Assembly: GCF_009914755.1 (NCBI RefSeq) | Contig: NC_060945.1 | Reading direction: 5' to 3' (one strand) | Length of the DNA: 64,000 nt | Source of the DNA: the human T2T-CHM13v2.0 reference genome, Homo sapiens | Shown: positions 1 through 13,456 of the stretch, piece after piece | Layout: each line of letters opens with the position of its first letter | How positions within the stretch are numbered: the first letter of the stretch is position 1 | The notes under the pieces: model-generated | The model's database searches: none | The model's input: only the letters and a program-made list of their open reading frames with translations | Told to the model about the DNA's origin: nothing | Made by a program: the position numbers and the translations under genes

Positions 1-109
1 TGAGTTGATGGGTGCAGCACACCAACATGGCACATATATACATATGTAACAAACCTGCACATTGTGCACATGTACCCTAGGACTTAAAGTATTAAAAAAA
101 AAAAAAAAA
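1..109 (+). mobile_element. L1PA LINE-1 3' end with poly(A) (continues upstream of the window)
   Basis: gggtgcagcacaccaacatggcaca...gtgcacatgtaccctaggacttaaagtat followed by a poly(A) run, the typical L1PA 3'UTR terminus. Confidence 0.93.
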
Positions 110-134
110 GAAATCCTAGGTCTATTTCTCCATC

Positions 135-300
135 ACTGCTTACCAGCTTTAGGAAAATCTAAAAAGCCTACAGCCCTCAGTTTCCTCATCCTTAAAGTTG
201 GGATGATAATAATTATCCTCATCCCCCTTGGTCCTCGTGAAGGTCACAGGAGAATACTGCTTATGGAAATCTTTTGTAAACTGTAAAGTGCAAATAGATA
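135..300 (+). mobile_element. MIR SINE fragment
   Basis: MIR core cctcagtttcctcatc...gggatgataataa and tail tgtaaactgtaaagtgc. Confidence 0.65.
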
Positions 301-589
301 TATAGGACTGTTTTCATTCACCCAAACACTTGTCAATGAATAGCATTAGCTTTTCTTGGTCTTAATATATTATTGAGTACCCGCCATAGAATGTCAAATA
401 GAAATCTTGTCTTAGTCCTGACTTTTATGGGAGGGATTTGTAATATCTGACTTGTAAAATCATGCTTGCTTAGATTGCTAACATGCTTGATTAGGTTTAA
501 GACATTTCTTTTCCTGGGTTGCTATCATGAATGGATGTTGTATTTTAGCAAATGCCTCTAAAAGATCTGTTAATACCACCAATGGTTTT

Positions 590-892
590 TCTACATATAT
601 ATATATATTTGAGACGGAGTCTTGCTCTGTCACCCAGGTTGGAGTGCAGCAGCACGATCTCAGCTCACTGAAATCGCCATCTCCCAAGTTCAAGCGATTC
701 TCCTGCCTTAGCCTCCCCAGTAGCTGAGAGTATAGGTGTGCACCACCAGGCCTGGCTAATTTTTGTATTATTAGCAGAGGCAGGGTTTCACCATGTTGGC
801 CAGGCTGGTCTTGAACTCATGACCTCAAGTGATCCACCCGCTTTGGCCTTCCAAAGTGCTGGGATTATAGGTGTGAGCCGCCATGCCCAGCC
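590..892 (-). mobile_element. AluS (Sx/Sz-like) with a (TA)n-converted tail
   Basis: Full dimer gagacggagtcttgctctgtc...ccatgcccagcc. Confidence 0.92.
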
Positions 893-1116
893 TCTACCTT
901 GAAATTTTTAATAGACTGTTAATATGGAAACATCTTAACATTCCCAGAATGATCCTTTGTACCTTTAATACACAGCTGGATATGAAATTTTGTATCTTTG
1001 TTTTTACTGATATGTAAATATATATATTTGTATACACACATATGTACACCATATATATTGTGTGTATGTATGTGTGTGTGTGTGTGCTGATTGATAGATA
1101 CAGATAGATATAAGGT

Positions 1117-3298
1117 TGATATGGTTTGGTTGTGTCCCCACCCAAATCTTATCTTGAACTGTAGTTCCCATAATCCCCATGTGTGGTGGGAGGGACCTGG
1201 TGGGGCAGTTTCGTCCATGCTGTTCTCATGATATTGAGTGAGTTCTCATGAGATTTGACAGTTTTATAAGGAGCTTTTCCCCTCTTCATTCTGGACTTCT
1301 TGCTGCTACCATGTGAAGAAGGACATGTTTGTGTCCCCTTCTGCCATAATTGTAAGTTTCCTGAGGCCTTCCCAGCCCTGTGGAACTGTGAGTCAATTAA
1401 ACTTGTTTTCTTTATAAATTACCCAGGCTTGGATATGTCCTTATAGCAGCATGAGAATGGACTAATACAATAAGTTGGTACCAGGTAGTGGGTGCTGCTG
1501 TAAAGATACCTGAAAACGTGGAAGCAACTTTGGAAGTGGGTAACAGGCAGAGGTTGGAACAGTTTGGAGGGCTCAGAAGAAGATAGGAAAATGTGGGAAA
1601 GTTTGGAACTTCTTAGAGACTTGTTGAATGGCTTTGACCAAAAAGCTGATAGTGATATGGACAATAAAGCCCAGGCTGAGGTGGTCTCAAATGGATATGA
1701 AGAACTTGTTGGGAACTGGAATAAAGGTCACTCTTCCTATGCAAAGAGACTGGTGGCATTTTGCTTCTGCCTTAGAGATTTGTGGAACTTTGAACTTGAG
1801 AGAGATGATTTAGGGTATCTGGTAGAAGAAATTTCTAAGGGGCAAAGTGTTCAAGAGAAAGCAGAGCATAAAAGTTTGAAAAATTTGCAACCTGACAATG
1901 CAATAGAAAAGAAAATCCCATTTTCTGGGGAGAGATTCAAGCCAGCTGCAGAAATTTGCATAAGTAAGGAGGAGCTGAATGTTAATCACCAAGACAACGG
2001 GGAACATGTCTCCGGGGCATGTCAGAGACCTTCATGGCATCCCGGAGACCTGAGAGGAAAAAATGGTTTTGTGGGCCAGGTCCAGGGCCCCCGTGCTGTG
2101 TGCAGCCAAGTGACTTGGTGCCCTGTGTCCTAACCACTCCAGCCGTGGCTAAAAGGGGCCAAGGTACAGCTCGGGACATGGCTTCAGGGGGTGCAAGCCC
2201 TGGTCCTTGGCAGCTTCCATGTGGTATTGAGCCTGGGGGTGCACATAAGTCAATAATTGAGGTTTGGGAACCTCCACCTAGATTTCAGAGGATGTATGGA
2301 AATGCCTGGATGTCCAGGCAGAAGTTTGCTGCAGAGCCAGGGCCCTCATGGAGAACCTCTGCTTGGGGAGTGCAGAAGGGAAATGTGGGGTTGGAGCCTC
2401 ACACCGAGTCCCCGCTGGGGCACTGCCTAGTGTAGCTGTGAGAAGAGGGCCACCAACCTCCAGGCACCAGAATGGTATATCCACCAACAGCTTGCATGGT
2501 GCACCTGGAAAAGGCGCAGGCACTCAACGCCAGCTGTGAAAGCAGACTGGAGGGGGATTTTACCCTGAAAAGCCACAAGAGCAGACTGCCCAAGGGTGTA
2601 GGAACCCACCTCTTGCATCAGCATGACCTGGATGTGAGACATGGAGTCAAAGGATATCATTTTGGAACTTTAAGGTTTAATGACTGTCCTATTGGACTTT
2701 GGACTTGCATGGGGCCTGTACCTCCTTTGTTTTGGCCAATTTCTCCCATTTGGAATGGGTGTATTTACCCAATGCCTGTAGCCCCATTGTATCTAGGAAG
2801 TAACTAACTTGTTTTTGATTTTACAGGCTCTTAGGCCTTGTCTCAGATGAGACTTTGGACTTGGACTTTTGAGTTAATGCTGGAATGACTTAAGACTTTA
2901 GGGGACTGTTGGAAGGGAATGATTGTGTTTTTGAAATGTGAGGACATGAGATTTGGGAGGGGCCAGAGGTGGAATTATATGATTTTGCTGTGTGTCCCCA
3001 CTCATATCTCATCTTAAACTGTAGTTCCCATAATTCTCACATGTGGTGAGAGGGACTCGGTGGGAAAATTGCATCATGGGGGCGGTTACCTCCATGCTCT
3101 TCTCATGACAGTGAGTTCTCACGAGATCTGATGGTTGTATAAGGGGCTTTCCCCACTCCTTTTCTCAGCACTTCTTCTTCCTGCCACCATATGAAGAAGG
3201 ATGTGTTTGCTTCCCCTTCCATTTTGATTGTAAGTTTCCTGAGGCCTCCCCAGCCCTGCAGGTATGTCCTTATAGCAGGATGAGAATGGACTAATACA
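1117..3298 (+). mobile_element. Complete THE1 (ERVL-MaLR) provirus: 5'LTR 1117-1469, internal 1470-2974, 3'LTR 2975-3298
   Basis: LTR termini tgatatggtttgg...gactaataca (3'LTR start degenerate); THE1-int sequence between them; 5-bp TSD aaggt/aagat. Confidence 0.93.
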
Positions 3299-3310
3299 AA
3301 GATATCAGTG

Positions 3311-3618
3311 TTTCTTTCTTTTCAGAGACAGAATCTCACTCTTATCAGCAAGGCTGGAGTGCAGTGGCATGATGGCATAATCATAGCTCACTGCAACCTT
3401 GAATTCCTAAGCTCAAATGATCCTCCCACCTCAGCCTCCTGAGTAGCTAGGACTACAGGCATGCAACACACATTCCTGGCTATTTGTTTTTTAATTTTTG
3501 TAGAGATAGGGCCTCGCTTTGTTGCCCAGGCTGGTCTCAAACTCCTAGCCTCAAATGATCCTCCTGCTTCGGCCTCCTAAAGCGCTGGGATTACAGATGT
3601 GAGCCACCATGCCTGGCC
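3311..3618 (-). mobile_element. AluJ
   Basis: J-type diagnostics (ctcaaatgatcctcccacc); TSD agatatcagtg/aggtatcaatg. Confidence 0.9.
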
Positions 3619-4014
3619 AGGTATCAATGGTATACTGAACCTCTAAAATGAGAAAATGTGTTAGGTAAGCTTCCCATGTTTTCCTAGGATCAGAGGCAGT
3701 TTATATAGAATTATCTCTTCCTTAAAGCTTTGTCAGAATCTACCTGAAAAGCCCTCTGGACTCAGTGTCTGTTTTAGGGATAGATCTTTGAGTATCTCTT
3801 TAAGTTCCTTGATAGTAATGATTCTATTTAACATTCCTAATTTTCCTTGAATGAATCTTTGTAATTAATATTTTTCTAGGATATTAGTCTCTTCATCCAG
3901 TACTTTTCAAAATGCTTGCCATGAAGATAAACATTCTTAGTTTTTGACTTGTGATTTTTTCTTGAAAGATAAGCCAAAGTTTTGCCTTTCTATTACTTCT
4001 CTCAAAAAACAAGT

Positions 4015-4676
4015 TAATTTTTATTTTTTAACTTTTATTTTAAGTTCAGGGGTACATATGCAGGTTTGTTATATAGGTAAACTTGTGTCATGGGGGTTTG
4101 TTGTACAGATTATTTCATCACCCAGGTATTAAGCCTAGTACCTATTAGTTATTTTTCCTGATCCTCATCTCCAGCCCCTGATAGGACCCCGTGTGTATTG
4201 TTCCCCTCTATGTGTCCATGTGTTCTCATCATTTAGCTCTCACTTAAAAACGAAAACATGCGATTTTGGTTTTCTGTTTCTGTGTTAGTTTGCTAAGGAT
4301 ATTGGCCTCTAGCTCCATCCATGTTCCTGCAAAAAATATGATCTCATTCTTTTTTTATGGCTGCATAGTATTCCATGTGTATATGTACCACATTTTCTTT
4401 TTCCAGTGTATCATTGATGGGCATTTAGGTTGATACCGTGCCTTTGCTATTGTGAATAGTGCTGCAATGAACATACACATGCATGTGTCTTTATAATAGA
4501 ACAATTTATATTCCTTTGGGCATATACCCAGTAATGGGATTGCTGGGTCAATTGGTATTTCTGCTTTTAGGTCTTTGAGAAATCGCCACACTGTCTTCCA
4601 CAATGGTTGAACTAATTTACACTCCCACCAACAGTGTATAAGTGTTTCCTTTTCTCTGCAACCTTGCCAGCATCTG
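4015..4676 (-). mobile_element. 5'-truncated L1PA13-16-like 3' end
   Basis: ttaagttcaggggtacatatgcaggtttg 3'UTR; ORF 4355-4702 matches the L1 ORF2 C-terminus (HCWWECKLVQPLWK); TSD aaaaacaagt/aaaaaccagt. Confidence 0.9.
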
Positions 4677-5558
4677 AAAAACCAGTCACCACATGCTATC
4701 ACCTCTTTATTTTCTATTTTTATTAATTTCTACTCTTATCTTTCTTAATTCATTCCTTCAACTTTCTTCAGGTTTATTTTGTCTCTCTCCATCCCCTGCC
4801 AAGCTTCTTGAGTTGAAATCTTGGTTGATTCATTTATTTTCAACATTTCTTATTTTCTGTCACATGCACATAAGGCTATGTATTTTCCCTGTGAGTGCTG
4901 TCTTAGCGTGTCCCATGGGCCTTGATATCCATGGACAGCTCTTACTGTGATTCAGTTCTAAATGGCTTGTAATTTCTGTGCTTATTTCCTGTCAAACCTA
5001 AGACTTATTTAGTGGAATGTTTTAAAATATCCAAGAGGATAGATTTTTGTTTGTTATCCATCTTTTATTATTTTCTAATTTTATTCCATTATAGTTCATG
5101 AATGTATGCTGTCACAGTTTTACTATTGGGGATTTGTTGTGATTTTCTTTGTGGTTTAATACATTCAGAGAATGTCTCATGAGAGTTGGAAAAAAATGTG
5201 TAATGTCTGTTGGATAAAAACTTGTTTCTCTCCATATGCCTATGAAGTTATAAATGTTAGTTTTGTCAGCCAGGACTTCTTAAGACATATTCATTTGGGT
5301 AGTAGTTGATCAGCCTGTTTTTGAGAAATGTATTTAAAGCCACCCATGATGGGGACTTACCAGTGATTCCTTGCATTTCTATCAGGGCTTGTCTTACTTA
5401 CAGATTTTGAGGCCAAGGTTGTAGGTACATAAATGTTTATGATTCATATTTTTGTGGATTATAATGTTATAATTATGATATATTCTTTTAATGCTTTTCA
5501 TTTTGAATTTTATTTTGTGTGAGATGACTACTATTAATATATACCTGGCATGCCTTTT

Positions 5559-6370
<812 letters not shown>

Positions 6371-7002
6371 TAGCATGCCTTTTTCGATGTCTTTTCCATC
6401 TTTCCTGTGTTCTTTTCATTAGGTGTTAGGATTGCTGATATGTTTGGCCTTCTTTCTGGCTGTGGCAGAAAAGTCACAATGGTCTTTCCCAAGTATATGC
6501 CATTTGGCTACCAAAAATGCATCCTCCCTTTCCTAGCATGGAAAGTGACAGCCCAGTCAAGGGCTATTTTCTCAACCCTCTTCATGCCCAGTTATGGTCA
6601 TGTGATTAGTTCTCAGCAATGAAATGTGGGCAGCAGTGATGGGAATCACTAAGGACTTAATGTTTTTCTCTGCTTTGATTGAATGCGCACTTAATTGGTG
6701 ATGATTTGCAGAGAAGTGGAGAAAGCAGGGAACTAAGGAGTTTCTATTTGTTTACTGATTCTAAGCCCTGAAAATGCCAGGTGATCGGGGGTGATCAGAC
6801 GTGTCTGAATCACGTTGGTGGTGCCAGTGACTTGCTTGATGTTTGCCTTCCCCATCACTTCAGCTCCCTGAGGCCTGGGACTGTGCCTACCAAGTGCTAC
6901 ATGGTCTCCCTAAAGCTTGGGTTATAGTACACTCTTTATTAACATTTATTGTGTGAATAAATGAAATGCTTTACATTTACTGGTGACCTCATCAACTAAT
7001 TC

Positions 7003-7301
7003 TTTTTTTTTTTTTTTTTTTGAGACGGAGTCTCGCTCTGTCACCTAGGCTGGAGTATAGTGGCGCACGTCGGCTCACTGCAAGCTCCGCCTCCCAGGTT
7101 CACGCCATTCTCCTGCCTCAGCCTCCGAAGTAGCTGGGACTACAGGCGCCCGCCACCACGCCCAGCTAATTTTTTGTATTTTTAGTAGAGACGGGGTTTC
7201 ACCATGTTAGCCAGGATGGTCTCGATCTCCTGACCTCATGATCTGCCTGCCTCGGCCTCACAAAGTGCTGGGATTACAGGCGTGAACCACCGCGCCTGGC
7301 C
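7003..7301 (-). mobile_element. AluY
   Basis: Y diagnostics (gcaagctccgcc, ttcacgccattc, ttagccaggatgg); perfect TSD tcatcaactaattctttt. Confidence 0.95.
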
Positions 7302-7509
7302 TTCATCAACTAATTCTTTTGGTAAATGAATTTCTGCTTAAACCAGGCCAAGACCTTTCTTTATAAGAAGCCAGGCCAGTGAATCAGGGAGTGAGATCAG
7401 AGGAAAGGAAGTCTCCCTTTTGTGTCTTTAAGTCATGTATTGTGCCGTGACTAGCTGGAAAAGCTGCAAAATAGTATAATAGAAGCTGTATATATCAGCA
7501 ATAGCAAGG

Positions 7510-7745
7510 ATTACTTGTCTGAGAACCTGGTTTGTGCCAGGCACTGACCTTGATGCTTTTCATACATTGCTTCATTGAATACTCATAAAAGCTACCACAC
7601 AGGTGTGATTCTCCCTATTTTACAGATGCATCAGCTGAGGCTCTGTGCGGTAAATAAGTTGTTCAATGACAGAGACCAAGTAAGTGGCCAAGTCAGGACT
7701 CATATCCATCTTCCTGACTTCGAGCTTGAATTCCCTTCTACCATA
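7510..7745 (-). mobile_element. MIR
   Basis: cctattttacagatg...gctgaggctc core, reverse orientation. Confidence 0.7.
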
Positions 7746-7769
7746 CCTTATAAAAAGAATTCAGCAGCC

Positions 7770-7930
7770 TGAGGTTCAAGGTTCAGCTGCATGATATTGA
7801 GAATTCATTTAGTTTCTCTGAGCCGCCATCTCCTTATTTGTGGAATGGAGATAATGATGACACTGATTGATGCTCAGCTCCTCACAGAGTTATTGTAAAG
7901 ACAAGTGAGAGAATGACTATGTGTTTTGCA
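7770..7930 (+). mobile_element. MIR
   Basis: ctctgagccgccatctccttatttgtggaatggagataat core. Confidence 0.6.
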
Positions 7931-8004
7931 AGCGATTAAATTCACAAACACAAGTCACTTTACTTACAGTATACTGGAGACACTTACATTAGGCTTTTAA
8001 ACAT

Positions 8005-8322
8005 TTATATATATATGTATATATATTTTTTGATACAGGGTCTCACTTTGTCACCCAGGCTGGACTGCAGTGGTGCAATCTTGGCTCACTGCAGCCTAGA
8101 CCTCCAGGACTCAAGAGGTCAGATCCTCCCAACTCAGCCTCCTGAGTATCTGGGACTACAGGTGTGTGCCACCATGCCTGACTAATTTTTTTTGTATTTT
8201 TTTGTAGAGATGGGGTCTCGCCATGTTACTCAGGCTAGTCTTGAACTCCTAAGCTCAAGTGATCCATCCACCACGGCCTCGCAAAGTGCTAGGATTATAC
8301 GTGTGAGCCACCGCTCCTGGCC
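8005..8322 (-). mobile_element. AluJ
   Basis: Full dimer with a TA-rich tail. Confidence 0.9.
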
Positions 8323-8326
8323 AGAC

Positions 8327-8649
8327 TTTTTTTTTTATTTAAAAAACTTTATTTTTAAACTTTAATTTTTGATACAGGGTCTCACTCTGTCACCCATGCT
8401 GGGTTGCAGTGGTGTGATCATGGCTTACTGCAACCTTGACTTTTTGGGCTCAAGGGGTCCTCCTGCCTTAGCCTCCCAAGTAGCTTGGGCTACAGGCATG
8501 TGCCACCACGCCTAGCTAATTAAAAAAAATTTTTTTTGTAGAGACGGTGTCTTGCCATGTTGCCTAGGCTGGTCTCGAACTTCTGGGCTCAAGCTCCCAC
8601 CTTGGACTCCCAGTGTTGGAATTACAGGTGTGAGTCAATGCGTTGGGCC
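8327..8649 (-). mobile_element. AluJ
   Basis: Full dimer, in tandem with the preceding Alu. Confidence 0.9.
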
Positions 8650-9708
8650 GCATTAAACTTTAAAGTTTCTGAATTTGAGGACACGACTTTATGACAGGCA
8701 ACCTCTCAGTTTTTCAGAATAGAAATAATCCTTTCAGTCACATGAGAGAACAGTGTCTTCTATTTTAAGTAGTCAACTTTCTCTTTAGTGTTGTTTGTAT
8801 GTGGGCAAACCCTACCCAAGTTTCTGTTCCTGAAATCAATTTCTTAATTTGCATTAGGCAAAAGTGTTGCATAAGCTTATTTTATTATCATCCAGCTTTT
8901 TATAGATCTTTGCTGAGAGACAATACGGGCTTGTTGAAAGAGGCCCTGTTTGACTGTCCCAAGCCCTGGGATGGAGTCCTAGCCCTGGCACTTAGCAGCT
9001 GTGGGATCGTGGGTGAACTACTTCACCTCCCTGCTTCTCAGGCCTCTACATCTGCAAAGTGAGAACAAGGGGAGCTCTTTCCCTAAGGGCCCTTTCACTG
9101 TACTACTTAAAAATGATTGCAAAGAGTCTTGCGTTAAGCAAAACTGAACACCTGCTGTAAATGTCTGCACCTCAGCAACATGACCCACAGTAGAATCTAT
9201 ATTTAGTTGCATTTGGATAATCTTCCTTTCCCCTTTTGCTTTAGCACTTTCTACCTTCAATTATTTCTTTATTACAGCAATGCCCCCTTTTTGCTCTACT
9301 GATGTGGGTGAGATGCAAATGGGCCTTTTGAGACTCTTGCTGTGTCCCCTGGGCCCCAGATGGACAGATGGGAGACAGAACGATTGTGGAGTACATCTTG
9401 GAGCTGACAGGTTTTGGGGGCAGGAAGTGTTAGTCAACACATGAGAAAAATGGGGTAAACAGCTGGAAAAGGCTGAGCATTAGCTGACAGGCTCTTTAGC
9501 CAACTGTCCTAGGACTGGATCAGGGCCTTGTGCATGGTGGGAGAGGCACCTAGGACCTGTGGAAAGGACAGGAAGCCAGACCCAAGAAGCCTCAGGCTGC
9601 AACCTGGCCCTCAGTTATTATCACAAAACTTACAAAGGTGTGAGCCTCGTGAATCAGCTGCAATAGATTGTTGCCTTGAGGACAAGACAGTCTAAACAAC
9701 TAAAAATT

Positions 9709-10055
9709 AGCCAGGTGTGGTGGCTCATGCTTGTTATCTCAGGGCTTCGGGAGGCTAAGGCAGGAGGATTGCTTGAGGCCAGAAGTTCAAGACGAGCCTG
9801 AGCAACACAGTGAGAGCCCCCCCCACAACCCCCCACCCCTCAACTTCTACAAAAAAATTTAAAAATTAGCTGGGCATGGTGTTGCACACTTGTAGTCCTA
9901 GCTACTTGGGAGGCTGAGGTGGGAGAATTGCTTGAGCCCAGGAGTTTGAGGTTGCAGTGAGTTATGATTGTGTCACTGGACTCCAGCCTGGGCAACAGAG
10001 CAAGACTCTGACTCAAAAAAAAAAAAAAACAAACCCAAAAAGCAAAAAGCAAAAC
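9709..10055 (+). mobile_element. AluJo with a C-rich insertion at the end of the left arm
   Basis: ggaggattgcttgaggccagaagttc; gcttgagcccaggagtttgagg; A-rich tail. Confidence 0.9.
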
Positions 10056-10087
10056 CAAAAACCACACATACACAATGAAAATTATTA

Positions 10088-10433
<346 letters not shown>

Positions 10434-11379
10434 GCATTTCTTGAATACCAAGAAACCCAAGATATGACAGCTGATGCACATGAGGCTGTGTCCCTTCGTG
10501 CAGTGAGGTGGCAAGGCCTGAACAGGCGGATGTGGCCTCTCAGGAAACTTGTCCATGATTTCTGCCTTCCTCCCCTGGGGCAGTCCTGCTTGGTTGTGTA
10601 GGAGGCAAAGGAAACTGATGGCTTGGGAAAAGTCCTGTTGATACGAAACTAACCTGTTTAAAATTTAGTGAGATTCAAGTTGTCTCTGAAAAGTAACATT
10701 TAGGCTAGTCCTGTTGGATTGTGCTTCCACCCTACTATATGCGTAACCTGTTCCTACTATAAGCAGCACTCAGCATTTACATCTGGTTTTACAGGGACCA
10801 AGGACCCATTACCATTAATGATCTGCCAAGCCACACAACAGTTCTGTGGAGGCAGATAATGATGTCCAATTTACAGACAAAGAGGGTTAGATTTGAAGAT
10901 GCACCGTACTTTTCCTGGGGCCAGATCCTTTTACCAGACACAGGGAAATACATTAGAATTTTCAAGTATGTAACTCTTTGCTTTTTTGCAAGCCATGCAT
11001 CCTGTTGGGTGCATTCCAAAGATTGTGGATTCTATTGGTGGATACCAACTCATACACAAAAGAGAAACTGTAGGAATTCTGCCCAAAAAGGAGGCCGTGT
11101 CTTGCTAGGCCCTCGGGTCTCTGTAGGGATGCACCTGTTGATGTCCTCTGGCCTCTTGTCCATCTTACCTGGTAAGGGGCTTCTCCCCTCTAACCCCCCC
11201 TCCCCTCACCTAATGGATCTTCCCTAAACCTAGCTTTTATCTGGTCAGTCCTTTGGAAGTTTCCAGAGTAAGAAATATGAATAAAGGGAACATGTGTACA
11301 CAACTAGGGGGACAGTGAGTCCATTAGATCATTTCAGAAAACAATTTCAGAGAACCTAGGAAAGCTGGAGGCGCCCTGC

Positions 11380-11960
11380 CATCCAGAAGCCCTTGCACGT
11401 TCTCAACAGACAACACACATAAGAACATCCTGGCAGCATTTTTATTAGAGCAGAAATATGGAAATCAATCCAAAGTTTCGTTAATCAGATGAAAAAGTAT
11501 GAGATATGTTCTCTAGTGGTGCTAGAGAACAATGGAGATGATATGTTCTCTAGTGGTGCTAGAGAACAATGGAGAAGAATGAACCAGAGCCAACACCTCA
11601 CTGTGGGTGAATCTCTAGAACACAAAGTTGAATGAAGAAGGAAAGTCATGGAAAAATATGCACAGTAAGATCCTATTTATATAAGGTTTGGAAATAGGTG
11701 AACTAAACAGTGTCTGTGGGGAACAGACAAATGCAGTTAAACTATCAAAATAAACAAGAGAATGATGAGTGTCTAAATCAGACTGAGTGGTTTCCTTTGA
11801 GGGGATGGGAGGGACAGAGACCAGGGAGGGGACTGCAAGGGTTTACTTCTTTGGTGATGTTCAGTTGCCTAAGCTGGGTAATAGGTCCCTAAGGATTCAT
11901 TTTATTATTATCCTGCAAATCTTGCATCTGACTACACACAAACACCTGCATACATAAGTA
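11380..11960 (+). mobile_element. L1ME/L1MC 3'-end relic
   Basis: gggtgaatctc...tgaatgaagaagg...acagtaagatcctatttatataaggttt...aactaaac, typical of an old L1 3'UTR. Confidence 0.6.
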
Positions 11961-12099
11961 TTCTTTACTTTGCATGACATATTTTGTAATGAAAAAATAC
12001 ACAAATAAACCACCTCTAGGAAAACTTGCCTTTTCCCATAGCACCTCTGTCTAACTGGAAGACCCTTCCCAGTCTGGCAGCTCTGGCCTTGTAACATCA

Positions 12100-12300
12100 G
12101 CCAATGCTAGTATTACATTGTGCCAGGAACTGTCTTACGTGCTCTATGTCGTATTGCCATATTCAGTCCTAACAACTCTACAAGACAGGCATTATTATTA
12201 TCCACATTTTATACATGAGGAAGCTGAGGCCCAGAGAGGTGAAGTCACCAATCCGAGTTAACGTGGTTAGTTCATGGCAGAGAGAGTATTGGAACCTATA
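12100..12300 (-). mobile_element. MIR
   Basis: attattatccacattttatacatgaggaagctgaggcccagagaggtgaagt. Confidence 0.75.
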
Positions 12301-12614
12301 TGGCCTGATGGAAGAGTAGGAATATTGCTGATTTTTTTCCCTCTAGCTTTCCCTTCCTCTCTGGCTTTGCCTTTCCTCTTACTATTTCATGCACATTCCC
12401 ACCTTTCCCACCCATACTCGCACGTGCCTGGTTCTCTTTGATCAGAATGGTCTTTCTCAAGTATATGCCACAAAACATCACAACCACAAGATCCTCCGTT
12501 TAAAAAATGGGAGTGCCACAGTCAGATAAATGGAGCAAACATTGAAAAGTAAAACCCACTCTCAGAAAATTACAATGGTCATCAGCGATTAGATCTTCTA
12601 AGATGTTCTAAGAA

Positions 12615-12735
12615 TCACTTGAGCCTAGGAGTTAGAGGCTGCAATAAGCTATGATTGCACCACTGTACTCCAGCTTGGGTGACAGAGTGAGATCCTGTTT
12701 CAGAAAACAAACAAAAAAACAAAACAAAAGAAAAA
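12615..12735 (+). mobile_element. AluJ 3' fragment
   Basis: cacttgagcctaggagttagaggctgca...gacagagtgagatcctg plus A-rich tail. Confidence 0.8.
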
Positions 12736-12745
12736 GGCATGCAGA

Positions 12746-12747
<2 letters not shown>

Positions 12748-12796
<49 letters not shown>
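12748..12796. repeat. (AC)24 microsatellite
   Basis: Read directly from the sequence. Confidence 0.97.
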
Positions 12797-12800
<4 letters not shown>

Positions 12801-12903
12801 ATGTGAGGAAAAGATTTTGGATTGGTGAAATATTGAATATTGTGCTCTATTTGCTCTCCCCCCTCCTTGGATTTCTAATGTGAGGGGAAAAAATCTTCCT
12901 TCT

Positions 12904-13356
12904 CGTGATGGTTAATATTGAATGTCAACTTGACTGGATTGAAGGATGGAAAGTATTATTCCTGGGTGTGTCTGTGAGGGTGTTGTCAAAGGAGATCAAC
13001 ATTTGAGTCAGTGGACTGGGAAAGGCAGACCCACTCTTAATCTGGGTGGGCACAATCTACTCAGCTGCCAGCATGGCTGGAATAAAAGCAGGCAGAAGAA
13101 TGTGGGGAGACTAGGCTTGCTGAGTCTTCTGGCCTCCATCTTTCTCCCATGCTGGATGCTTCCTGCCCTCAAACATCAGGCTCCAGGTGCTTCAGTTTTG
13201 GGACTAGGACTGGCTTTCTTGCTCTTTAGCTTGCAGGCAGCCTATTGTGGGGCCTCATCTTGTGATCAAGTGAGTCAATGCTCCTGAATAAACTCCCCTT
13301 TTATATATACATTTAACCTATTAGTTCTGTCCCTCTAGAGAACCCTGACTAATACA
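12904..13356 (+). mobile_element. MLT2A1 (ERVL) solo LTR
   Basis: (t>c)gtgatggttaatattgaatgtcaacttg...ctagagaaccctgactaataca; 453 bp; perfect TSD cttct/cttct. Confidence 0.9.
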
Positions 13357-13456
13357 CTTCTTCAACTTCATTTCTTTATACCCTCTAAGATTTTCCTATG
13401 TCTACCAAATTTATGCTCAGTGCAAAAATATAATTCATTCCTCTGTTCTTATTCCT

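Larger units (their letters stand above)
500..5550 (-). mobile_element. Old L1M ORF2 relic, fragmented by Alu, THE1 and L1PA insertions
   Basis: Degenerate antisense L1 ORF2 motifs (tcatgaatggatgttgtattttagcaaatgc; ttttccctgtgagtgctgtcttagc) between the younger inserts; boundaries approximate. Confidence 0.55.

Noticed and set aside
1564-2807. ORFs of 189, 138 and 111 aa
   Set aside because: They lie wholly within THE1-int and are frameshifted remnants of the MaLR internal ORF, not a host gene.
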